Source of the DNA: Phycisphaera mikurensis NBRC 102666 | GTDB taxonomy: Bacteria > Planctomycetota > Phycisphaerae > Phycisphaerales > Phycisphaeraceae | Direction of reading: 5' to 3' | NCBI RefSeq assembly: GCF_000284115.1 | Contig: NC_017080.1 | Coordinates: 1,620,001 to 1,652,000, forward strand | DNA length: 32,000 bases | In this document: piece by piece, positions 11,170 to 19,326 of the stretch | Position numbering within the stretch: the first letter of the stretch is position 1 | Layout of the letters: each line of letters begins with the position of its first letter | Notes under the pieces: model-generated | The model's database searches: none | Told to the model about the DNA's origin: nothing | What the model saw: the letters and a program-made list of their open reading frames with translations, nothing else | Program-made: the position numbers and the translations under genes

Positions 11170-11253
11170 ATGAGCCCGAAACTCAGCATCGATCTCAACG
11201 ACCGCTCAGCCGGCCCGCGCCGGCGCTTCCCGCGGGGGTGGCCGATGGGCTGA
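11170..11253 (+). CDS. Possible short leader ORF upstream of nusA (MSPKLSIDLNDRSAGPRRRFPRGWPMG)
   Basis: 27-codon ATG ORF in the 431-bp gap before nusA, followed by hairpins; no homology evidence available. Confidence 0.2.
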   Translation: MSPKLSIDLNDRSAGPRRRFPRGWPMG

Positions 11254-11331
11254 ACGCCCTCGGCCATCCCGTCCGTCGGCCGCCCGGTTCCACCCGGCCG
11301 CCGACGGAGGAGCGTTTCGACGCTCCCGCCC

Positions 11332-11366
11332 ACCACGAGCCGGTCCGCCGGAGTCTCGTGGTTTTT
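11332..11366 (+). terminator. Candidate intrinsic terminator/attenuator upstream of nusA
   Basis: ACCACGAG(11332-11339)/CTCGTGGT(11355-11362) 8-bp stem with inner CCGG/CCGG, followed by TTTTT (11362-11366), 88 nt before the nusA ATG. Confidence 0.55.
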
Positions 11367-11454
11367 CATTCCCGACCGCTCCCGGCTCACCGGCCGCGAA
11401 CACGCCCCGGCGATCCTCCGAACGCCCCGACAACCTCCCACAACGCCCAAGACG

Positions 11455-13203
11455 ATGAACACCTCCGAACTCCTCCGCCTGATCGACACCATCGCCCGCG
11501 ATCGCAACGTCGATCCCGAGCTGCTCTTCGTCGACCTGGAGCAGGCGATGGTGTCCGCGGCGAAGAAGCACTACCACGCGGACGAGGAGGAGGACTTCGC
11601 CTGCAAGATCGACCGGAACACCGGCGAGATCAACGTCTGGCGCGAGCAGGACCCCATCGACCTCTCGGACATGGGCCGCATCCCCGCCCAGACGGCCAAG
11701 CAGGTGATGATCCAGCGCTTCCGCGAGGACGAGCGCGACAGCGTCTTCGAGGAGTTCGAGACCCGCATCGGCGACCTCGCCACCGGCACCGCCCAGCGCT
11801 ACGAAGGCGGCGCCCTCATCGTGCAGATCGGCCGGGCCGAGGGCTTCATGCCCCGCCGCGAGCAGATCCCCGGCGAGCAGCATCAGCCCGGCGAGCGCGT
11901 CCGCTGCCTGATCCTGGACGTCCGCAAGGAGACCAACCAGGTCAAGATCGTGCTCTCCCGCGCCGCCCCGGAGATGATCCGGCGGCTCTTCGAGGTCGAG
12001 GTCCCCGAGGTGGCCGAGCGGATCATCGAGATCAAGGAGATGGCCCGCGAGCCCGGCGCCCGGACCAAGATCGCCGTGCAGAGCCTCGATTCCCGGGTCG
12101 ACGCGGTCGGGGCCTGCGTGGGGGTTCGCGGCTCGCGCATCCGCAACATCGTCGACGAGCTCGGCGGCGAGAAGATCGACATCGTCCGCTGGCACGAGTC
12201 CTCGCAGGTGCTCATCGCCAACGCGCTGAAGCCCGCCGAGGTCGTCGAGATCTCGCTGTGCTTCGAGCTCGGCCGGGCGACCGTGGTCGTCCACGAGGAC
12301 CAGCTCTCGCTGGCGATCGGCAAGCGGGGGCAGAACGTCCGGCTTGCCGCCCGGCTCACCAACTGGGACGTCGACATCCTGACGCCGGCGGAGTACACCC
12401 GGTCCATCGACACGATGGAGTCCTGCCTCACCGGCCTCGAGGGCGTCGAGGACGACATGACCGACCGGCTCGCCGCGTTGGGCATCATCTCGGTGATGGA
12501 CGTGGAGGAGGTCGGGGCGGAGTGGCTGACCGAGCAGCTGGAGATGGACCCCGGCCTCGCTGCGGTCATGGTCGCCGCCGCTTCGGAGAAGGCGAAGGTG
12601 GTGGCCGTCGAGCAAGCCGCCGACAAGACCGCCAGCGAGAAGAAGCGCAAGGCCATCTCGGCGATGATCGCCGGCGGCCAGGATCCCAAGGCCGCGGCCG
12701 AGGCCTGGGCCGCGGCGAACCCGCCCAAGCCCAAGCCCGGCGAGCCGTCGGACCCGGCCGCCGCGGCGGAGCCGCTCTCTCACTCGGTCAGCCACGCCGG
12801 CGAGGGCGCCATCCACGCCACCGACGAGGAAGCGCCCGCCGAGGGCGGCCACGCCGCGCCCGACGGCGGCATCAACCCCGCGGACGCGGCGGATGCAGAG
12901 GGCCCGGTCGATCCCGCCGAGAGGGCCGACGTCGCCGGCACCGAGGAGGCCGTCGCCGCCGGCGTCGCGCCGTCCGAGCTGGACGCCGGGCCTCCGACCG
13001 GCGACGTCAGCAACCTCGCCGATCCCGACCTCAACCCGCTCGGCGGCGAGCCGGAGGACATCGAGGCGACCGAGGCGATCCAGCAGGGCGGTGCCGCGGA
13101 GATGCTCGCCGACAAGACCGACCCGCTGCAGGGCGTGGTCATGTCCGACCCCGACGAGATGGAGCTGCCGGCCAGCTCCGAGGCCTCCGCCGAGAAGCCC
13201 TGA
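11455..13203 (+). CDS. nusA: Transcription termination/antitermination factor NusA
   Basis: 582 aa; NusA N-domain (MNTSELLRLIDTIARDRNVDPELLFVDLEQAM), S1/KH region (REPGARTKIAVQS..DAVGACVGVRGSRIRNIVDELGGEKIDIVRW), KH2 LSLAIGKRGQNVRLAARLTNWDVDI. Confidence 0.97.
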   Translation: MNTSELLRLIDTIARDRNVDPELLFVDLEQAMVSAAKKHYHADEEEDFACKIDRNTGEINVWREQDPIDLSDMGRIPAQTAKQVMIQRFREDERDSVFEEFETRIGDLATGTAQRYEGGALIVQIGRAEGFMPRREQIPGEQHQPGERVRCLILDVRKETNQVKIVLSRAAPEMIRRLFEVEVPEVAERIIEIKEMAREPGARTKIAVQSLDSRVDAVGACVGVRGSRIRNIVDELGGEKIDIVRWHESSQVLIANALKPAEVVEISLCFELGRATVVVHEDQLSLAIGKRGQNVRLAARLTNWDVDILTPAEYTRSIDTMESCLTGLEGVEDDMTDRLAALGIISVMDVEEVGAEWLTEQLEMDPGLAAVMVAAASEKAKVVAVEQAADKTASEKKRKAISAMIAGGQDPKAAAEAWAAANPPKPKPGEPSDPAAAAEPLSHSVSHAGEGAIHATDEEAPAEGGHAAPDGGINPADAADAEGPVDPAERADVAGTEEAVAAGVAPSELDAGPPTGDVSNLADPDLNPLGGEPEDIEATEAIQQGGAAEMLADKTDPLQGVVMSDPDEMELPASSEASAEKP

Positions 13204-13369
13204 CACCGGGCCGCGCCGGCGGCCTCCAAGACCGAAGCGGCTCCCGGGCCGCCCCACGACGCGGCGACCCGGCCGCGGACCCGAAGCGCTCTCCACCTCG
13301 AGCGCCAACCCCGAACCCCGCGGCCACGGCCGCTCCTTTTCGAAGCCTCGCCACCGCGGCGAACCCTTT

Positions 13370-16294
13370 ATGGCCAAGACCTACCGCATCCATCAGCTCG
13401 CCAAGGAGCTCGGCGTCAACAGCAAGGCCATCGTGGCCAAGTGCGACGACGAGGGCGTGCCCGACATCACCAACCACATGTCGGTGGTGAAGCTCGGCCT
13501 CGCCGAAACCATCCGCCAGTGGTTCGCCGACTCCGGAGGGGAAGACCACGCCGCCGTGGAGGCGGCAGACAAGGTCGACGTCGAGGCGGCGAAGAAGAAG
13601 GTCCGCAAGCGGGCTTCGCGCGCGAAGCCCAAGGCCGCGGCGAAGGCCTCGGCGAAGCCCGCCGAGGCGGTGGGCGAGGCCTCGGCGGCGGACGCCGCGG
13701 CGGAGGGCGATCCCGCCGCCGTGCAGGCGGTGACCTCGCCCGCGGGCGAGCCCGCGGCTCCCCGCGAGGCGGCGGCGGCCGGCGAGCCGGAGGCGGTCGT
13801 CGAGCCGGCGAAGCCCGCGGACGCCGCGTCGCAGGAGAAGGCTCCCGCCGAGGATGCCCCCGCGGCGCCGGCGAAGCCCAAGTTCAAGCCGCGCCCCGCC
13901 GACGCCACCACCGTCGTCGGGCCGCGGAATCCGCTGCCCGAGGAGACCGAGCCCGCTCCCGAGAAGGTCTCGCAGATCGGCCGCAAGAACGTGCCCGATC
14001 GGCCCGACGTGGTCTCCCCCGCCGGCGAGCAGATCGGCGAGCTCAAGAAAACGAAGATGTCGGGCCCGAAGCTGGTGCGCATCGAGAAGCCCGAGCCCGA
14101 CGCGGGGCCCCGGCCCCGCCGGGCCGGTCCGCCCACCCGCGGGCCCGCCCCCGGCGAGGTCGCCGGCATCTCGCGCTCGCGCGGCCCGCAGCGGGGCGGC
14201 GGGGTCCGCGGCGGCGGCGGCGACGACCTCGCGCCCATGGGCGGCGGCGGCGGCCGCGGCCCCGGCGGCCCGCGCCGCGGCGGCCCCAGCGGCCCCGCCG
14301 GTGGCGGCGGACGTCGGACGCTCTCGTCCCGGCGCGGGGGCTCCGGCGGCGCCCCCGGCGGGCCGAGCAACTACTCCAAGGCCGACCTCGACGAGCTCGA
14401 CGCCCGCCTCAAGGGCGCCTCCGGCTACATGAAGCAGCGGCGGCGCGACCTCCGCAAGGGCGGCGGCCCGGCGTACCTCACCCGCTCGGCGGTGCAGACC
14501 GGCGAAGCGGTCGAGATCGAGGAGCCCATCACGATCAAGAGCCTGTCGGCGGCGACGGGCATCAAGGCCGCCCAGGTCATCAAGTTCCTCTTCCGGCAGG
14601 GCACGATGGCGACGGTCAACTCGACGATCGACAACGAGCTGGCCGAGGAGGTCTGCCTCGAGTACGACATCGAGCTGAAGATCGCCGCACAGGAGACGCC
14701 CGAGCAGCAGGTCGAGAAGATGTTCTCCGAGCGCGAGCGGACCGACGTCCGTCCGCGTCCCCCGGTCGTCACCGTGCTCGGCCACGTCGACCACGGGAAG
14801 ACCTCGCTGCTGGACCGGATCCGCAAGGAGGACGTCGCCGCGCACGAGGACGGCGGCATCACCCAGCACGTCGGCGCCTACCGCGTCACCGTCAAGGGCC
14901 AGAACGACGAGGACAAGACGGTCGTCTTCCTCGACACCCCGGGCCACGCGGCGTTCTCGAGCATGCGTGCCCGCGGCGCCATGATGACCGACATCGTCGT
15001 GCTGGTGATCGCGGCCGACGACGGCGTGATGCCCCAGACCATCGAGTCGATCAACCACGCCAAGGCGGCCGACGTGCCCGTGGTCGTCGCGCTCAACAAG
15101 AGCGACCTGCCGGGCGCGACCGAGGAGAACCTGCAGAAGATTTACGGCCAGCTGGCCGAGCACGGGCTCAACCCCAGCGCCTGGGGCGGCGAGACCGAGG
15201 TCTTCAAGACCTCCGCCGCCACCGGCGACGGCGTGCCCGAGCTGCTCGAGGCGCTGGACCTCCAGGCCGAGGTCATGGAGCTCGACGCCGACTACGGCGG
15301 CAGCGCCCGCGGCACGGTGATCGAGGCGGAGATGCAGCCCGGCCGCGGCTCAGTCGCCCGGCTGCTCGTGCAGGACGGCGTCATCAAGGTCGGCGACTTC
15401 GTGGTCATCGGCCGCAGCTTCGGCCGCGTCCGCGACATGACCGACGACCGCGGCCGGCGGATCAAGGAAGCCGGCCCCGCCACCCCGTTGGAGCTCTCGG
15501 GCATCGACTCGGTGCCCGACGCCGGCGACAAGGTGTTCGTCACCGACACGCTCAAGCGGGCCGAGGACGTGGCCGAGCAGTACCGCCACACCGAGCGCGA
15601 GCAGGTGCTGGCCTCGCAGACCAAGGTCACGCTGGACAACTTCGCCGACGCCATCGCGGCGGGGAAGATCCAGGAGCTCCGCGTGGTGCTCAAGACCGAC
15701 GTGCAGGGCTCGGCCCAGACCCTCCGGGCCCAGCTCCAGGAGATGGGCAACGACGAGGTCGCGATCCGGGTGCTCCACGCCGGCGTCGGCGCCGTCTCCG
15801 AGTCGGACGTCGTCCTCGCCGACGCCTCCGACGCGATCATCATCGGCTTCCACGTCACCACGCCCGCCGCCGTCCGCGACATCGCCGAGCAGCGGGGCGT
15901 CGACATCCGCAACTACCGCGTGATCTACGACGTCACCGACGACCTGAAGAAGTCGCTGGAGGGCATGCTCTCGCCGGTCACCCAGGAAGAGCACGTCGGC
16001 ACCGCCGAGGTCAAGGTCCCCTTCCGCATCGGCGGCTTGGGCTCCGTGGCCGGCTCGCTGGTGACCGAGGGGGCGATCAAGACCGGCAAGGACATCCGCA
16101 TGCGGCTCACCCGGGACGGCCAGATCGTCACCGACAACCGCCGCCTCGAGTCGCTCCGCCGCGTGAAGGACGAGGTCAAGGAAGTCCGGGCCGGCACCGA
16201 GTGCGGCATCCGGATCATGAACTTCGACGACATCAAGGCCGGCGACGAGCTGGAGTGCTACCGCGTGAAGGAGGTCGCCCGGACGCTGGACTAG
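13370..16294 (+). CDS. infB: Translation initiation factor IF-2
   Basis: 974 aa from [25 protein letters not shown]; long Ala/Pro/Gly-rich linker; G-domain [49 protein letters not shown]; C-terminal SLKSLEGML..EECGI-type region. Confidence 0.97.
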   Translation: MAKTYRIHQLAKELGVNSKAIVAKCDDEGVPDITNHMSVVKLGLAETIRQWFADSGGEDHAAVEAADKVDVEAAKKKVRKRASRAKPKAAAKASAKPAEAVGEASAADAAAEGDPAAVQAVTSPAGEPAAPREAAAAGEPEAVVEPAKPADAASQEKAPAEDAPAAPAKPKFKPRPADATTVVGPRNPLPEETEPAPEKVSQIGRKNVPDRPDVVSPAGEQIGELKKTKMSGPKLVRIEKPEPDAGPRPRRAGPPTRGPAPGEVAGISRSRGPQRGGGVRGGGGDDLAPMGGGGGRGPGGPRRGGPSGPAGGGGRRTLSSRRGGSGGAPGGPSNYSKADLDELDARLKGASGYMKQRRRDLRKGGGPAYLTRSAVQTGEAVEIEEPITIKSLSAATGIKAAQVIKFLFRQGTMATVNSTIDNELAEEVCLEYDIELKIAAQETPEQQVEKMFSERERTDVRPRPPVVTVLGHVDHGKTSLLDRIRKEDVAAHEDGGITQHVGAYRVTVKGQNDEDKTVVFLDTPGHAAFSSMRARGAMMTDIVVLVIAADDGVMPQTIESINHAKAADVPVVVALNKSDLPGATEENLQKIYGQLAEHGLNPSAWGGETEVFKTSAATGDGVPELLEALDLQAEVMELDADYGGSARGTVIEAEMQPGRGSVARLLVQDGVIKVGDFVVIGRSFGRVRDMTDDRGRRIKEAGPATPLELSGIDSVPDAGDKVFVTDTLKRAEDVAEQYRHTEREQVLASQTKVTLDNFADAIAAGKIQELRVVLKTDVQGSAQTLRAQLQEMGNDEVAIRVLHAGVGAVSESDVVLADASDAIIIGFHVTTPAAVRDIAEQRGVDIRNYRVIYDVTDDLKKSLEGMLSPVTQEEHVGTAEVKVPFRIGGLGSVAGSLVTEGAIKTGKDIRMRLTRDGQIVTDNRRLESLRRVKDEVKEVRAGTECGIRIMNFDDIKAGDELECYRVKEVARTLD

Positions 16295-16320
16295 CTTCCG
16301 CTCCGCGGGGTGAGTTCCAA

Positions 16321-16356
16321 CGCCGGTCGGGCTTCGGCGGGCGAAGCCCGCCGGCG
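16321..16356 (+). promoter_or_regulatory. Strong hairpin in infB-tautomerase intergenic region
   Basis: CGCCGG-T-CGGGCTTCG-GCGGG-CGAAGCCCG-CCGGCG: 15 paired bases with a single bulged T and 5-nt loop; no T tract. Confidence 0.55.
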
Positions 16357-16389
16357 CCGGTGAGTCGTCGTTCTCGCTGGAGAGCTGCC

Positions 16390-16611
16390 ATGCCGTACGT
16401 CAACGTCCGCATCACCGAAGGCGCGACCCGCGGCCAGAAGGCGGCGGTGATCGCGGACGTGACGCGGGCCCTGGTGGAGCATCGCGGGAAGAAGCCGGAG
16501 CATTGCCACGTCGTGATCGATGAGGTCGCCGAAGCCAACTGGGGCTTCGCAGGTCAACTCACCGACGATTGGAAGCGGGAGCCGCAAGCGGAAGATGCCG
16601 GCGGAAGCTGA
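16390..16611 (+). CDS. 4-oxalocrotonate tautomerase-like small protein
   Basis: 73 aa, MPYVNVRITEGATRGQKAAVIADVTRALVEHRGKKPEHCHVVIDEVAEANWGFAGQ; Pro directly after Met and NWG motif as in tautomerase superfamily; upstream GGAGAG. Confidence 0.85.
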   Translation: MPYVNVRITEGATRGQKAAVIADVTRALVEHRGKKPEHCHVVIDEVAEANWGFAGQLTDDWKREPQAEDAGGS

Positions 16612-16664
16612 CCGAATCGGACACGCCGAGGCGCAGACCGGGCTTCGCCGGCTCGGAGACCCCC

Positions 16665-17132
16665 ATGAACGAAACTCACCACCCGCGAAGCGGAGACTCT
16701 CACCGAGACAAGAAGGTCGCAAGTGTTCTGCACAAGCAGCTCTCCACCCTCCTCGCCCGCGGCATCGCCGATCCGCGGACCGCTGGGTGCCTCATCAGCG
16801 TCACCGAAGTCGACGTCAGCCCCGACCTGCGGCACGCGACGACCTACGTCTCGGTGCTGCCGGCGCAGCACGAGAACCGCGTCATCCACGCCCTCCGCGA
16901 CGCCACGATCCACCTGCAGAAGCAGCTGAACAAGAAGGTCGCCTTCCGCATCGTGCCCAAGCTGCTCTTCAAGCTCGACCGCGGCCTCAAGAAAGAGGTC
17001 CAGACCCTCGCCGCGATCAGCGAGGGGATGGCCCGCAGCGGGCCCGAGCCCGGCCCGGAGGTCGCGTCCGATGGGGCCTCGCCCCCTCCGCCTGCGGACG
17101 GGTCCGCCGCCGACCCGAACGCCCCCGACTGA
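16665..17132 (+). CDS. rbfA: Ribosome-binding factor A
   Basis: 155 aa; DKKVASVLHKQLSTLLARGIADPRTAGCLISVTEVDVSPDLRHATTYVSVLP ... LNKKVAFRIVPKLLFKLDRGLKK; conserved position downstream of infB; GGAG 6 nt before ATG. Confidence 0.93.
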   Translation: MNETHHPRSGDSHRDKKVASVLHKQLSTLLARGIADPRTAGCLISVTEVDVSPDLRHATTYVSVLPAQHENRVIHALRDATIHLQKQLNKKVAFRIVPKLLFKLDRGLKKEVQTLAAISEGMARSGPEPGPEVASDGASPPPPADGSAADPNAPD

Positions 17133-17171
17133 ACCCCCAACCCCGAAAGCCGGCCGCAGGCCGACGCTCCC

Positions 17172-18062
17172 ATGGCCAGAAAAACCTCCACCGGCGACGC
17201 CGACAGATTCGCCAAGCTGCTCGCCGAGAAGACGAAACGCGCCGCCGAGGCGGATCGGCTCGAACCGCCGCCCGTGGGCGATCCCGTGTCGCAGCTCGTG
17301 CTCTCGATGCTGACCTTCAACACCGTGACCGAGCGGGCCGAGGCCGCCTTCACGCGCCTGCTCGACGAGCTGGTCGACCTGCACGAGCTGCGGGTGAGCC
17401 ACCCCTACGAGCTCGTGTCGATTGTCGGCGACGGCTACCCCGGCATCGAGGACCGCATCGTCCGCATCCGCGAGGCGCTCTTCGCGATCTACGACGCCGA
17501 GAACGACTTGAACCTGCAGTCGATCGCCGGCAAGGGCAAGAAGGAGCAGCGGGCCTACCTCGACGGTCTCGAGTCGGTGCCGCCCTACGCGGCCGCGCAG
17601 GTCTCGCTCCTGTGCTACGGCGCCCACGCCATGCCGGTGGACGAGCGCCTGCTCGCGGCGCTCGTGGCCGAGGGCGTCTTCGAGGCGGAAGAGACCTGTG
17701 CCGCGGCCGAGGGCTTCCTGCTCCGGCAGGTGAAGGCCGGTGAGGCGATGGAGGCCCACCTGGCCCTTCAGGCCTGGGCCGACACGCTGCCCGACGAGCT
17801 GCCCGAGCGTGTGCGGCTGACCCGGAAGATCGATCCGGAGGCACGCGACGCCGGCGATCCCAAGCCGCCGGCGAAGCTGGGGCCCGAGCCCGAGCCCCCC
17901 GCCCGCAGCGACGTCGCCCGACCCGCCGCCGGCCACCCGCTCGTCGAGGCCCGCCGCATCAAGGCCATCGCCGCCGCCGAGGCCTCCGCCAAGGCCGCCG
18001 GCTCGCGGCCCAACCGCAAGCGGGCCCGCGCCAAGGCCAAGCCCGTCGCCAAGAGCGGATGA
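17172..18062 (+). CDS. HhH-GPD / endonuclease III-like superfamily protein with altered active-site residues
   Basis: 296 aa; VSQLVLSMLTFNTVTERAEAAFTRLL ... LDGLESVPPYAAAQVSLLCYGAHAMPVDERLL aligns with the EndoIII helix-hairpin-helix and VDTHV segment; basic Ala/Lys tail. Confidence 0.65.
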   Translation: MARKTSTGDADRFAKLLAEKTKRAAEADRLEPPPVGDPVSQLVLSMLTFNTVTERAEAAFTRLLDELVDLHELRVSHPYELVSIVGDGYPGIEDRIVRIREALFAIYDAENDLNLQSIAGKGKKEQRAYLDGLESVPPYAAAQVSLLCYGAHAMPVDERLLAALVAEGVFEAEETCAAAEGFLLRQVKAGEAMEAHLALQAWADTLPDELPERVRLTRKIDPEARDAGDPKPPAKLGPEPEPPARSDVARPAAGHPLVEARRIKAIAAAEASAKAAGSRPNRKRARAKAKPVAKSG

Positions 18063-18213
18063 GATGCCGGCGCTCGGTTCACCGCGCCGCTGCGCGGGAT
18101 CGCTAAGGGGGGAAGGCGCCAAGATCGCGAAGGACGAGGCGGAGAACCCGCACGCTCCGTCCCGGTGAGCTGCACCGGCCCGCTCGAGCGACCTCCGCTG
18201 CGACGCCCCCGTG

Positions 18214-18265
18214 GATCCGCGGACCGCGGACGCAAACGGCTCCAAAGCCCGACGGTCCGCGGATC
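18214..18265. repeat. CCGCGGACCG-family inverted repeat, copy 4
   Basis: GATCCGCGGACCG (18214-18226) / CGGTCCGCGGATC (18253-18265): perfect 13-bp arms, 26-nt spacer. Confidence 0.85.
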
Positions 18266-18369
18266 GACCCCGGCCCTCACCCCCCGCTTCCTGCTCCTGT
18301 TCGCGACCTCCGCGACGCCTTTCCCTCCGCGATTGGCGAAGCGCTGCCCCGACCCAGCTCCAGAACCCC

Positions 18370-19251
18370 ATGACCGACGACCCGACGACGCTGAAGATCG
18401 GCCTGCCCAAGGGCAGCCTGCAGGACCCCACCGTCGATCTGTTCCGGCGGGCGGGCTACGTGATCGAGGTCAGCAGCCGCAACTACTACCCGCGGATCGA
18501 CGACCCGGCGCTGTCCTGCGTGATGTTCCGCAGTCAGGAGATGAGCCGCTACGTCGAGGACGGCGTCATCGACCTGGGCATCTGCGGGCACGACTGGGTG
18601 GTCGAGAACGGCAGCGACGTGCACGAGGTCTGCGAGCTGAAGTACAGCCGGGCGACGACGCGGCCGGCGCAGTGGGTGCTGGCCGTGCCCGAGGAGTCCG
18701 AGGTCTCCACGCCCGAGCAGCTCGCCGGCGGCATCGTCGCCACCGAGCTCACCGGCACCGTTCGCCGGTACTTCGAGGAAAAGGGCATCGAGCTGCGGAA
18801 GATCGAGTTCAGCTGGGGCGCCACCGAGGTGAAGGCCCGGCTGATCGACGCCATCGTCGACATCACCGAAACCGGCTCGTCGCTCGTGGCCAACAAGCTG
18901 CGGGTCATCGACACGATCCTCACCAGCACCACCCGGCTGATCGCGAACCAGCAGACCTGGGCCGATCCGGCGAAGCGTGCCCGCATCGAGGACCTCGCGC
19001 TGCTGCTGCAGGGGGCCATCGCCGCCCGCGGCCGCGTCGGCCTCAAGCTCAACGTGCCACGCGAGAAGCTCGAAGCCGTGCTGGGGCTGCTGCCCGCCGC
19101 GAAGTCGCCGACGGTGAACGAGCTGGCCGACCCCGCCTGGGTCGCCATCGAGATCATCGTCGAGCGCAGGACCGAGCGCGAACTCGTCCCGCGCCTCCAC
19201 CGCGCCGGCGCCACCGACGTCTTCAGCTACCCGCTGCAGAGCGTCATCTGA
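18370..19251 (+). CDS. hisG: ATP phosphoribosyltransferase (long form)
   Basis: 293 aa; LKIGLPKGSLQDPTVDLFRRAGY, DLGICGHDWV, DAIVDITETGSSLVANKLRVIDTILTSTTRLI, C-terminal regulatory-type domain. Confidence 0.97.
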   Translation: MTDDPTTLKIGLPKGSLQDPTVDLFRRAGYVIEVSSRNYYPRIDDPALSCVMFRSQEMSRYVEDGVIDLGICGHDWVVENGSDVHEVCELKYSRATTRPAQWVLAVPEESEVSTPEQLAGGIVATELTGTVRRYFEEKGIELRKIEFSWGATEVKARLIDAIVDITETGSSLVANKLRVIDTILTSTTRLIANQQTWADPAKRARIEDLALLLQGAIAARGRVGLKLNVPREKLEAVLGLLPAAKSPTVNELADPAWVAIEIIVERRTERELVPRLHRAGATDVFSYPLQSVI

Positions 19252-19326
19252 CGTGCGTCGCCCAAGCGATCCCGCTGGGTCGCCAGGGGGGCGACGCGGC
19301 GGGCGCGCATCGGTCACGATGCCCGG

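Noticed and set aside
11206-13377. 723-aa minus-strand ORF opposite nusA
   Set aside because: Antisense to nusA; shadow frame.
13441-16389. Upstream ~980 codons of the 1056-aa plus ORF ending at 16611
   Set aside because: Out-of-frame Arg-rich translation of infB; only the segment from the ATG at 16390 (tautomerase) is real.
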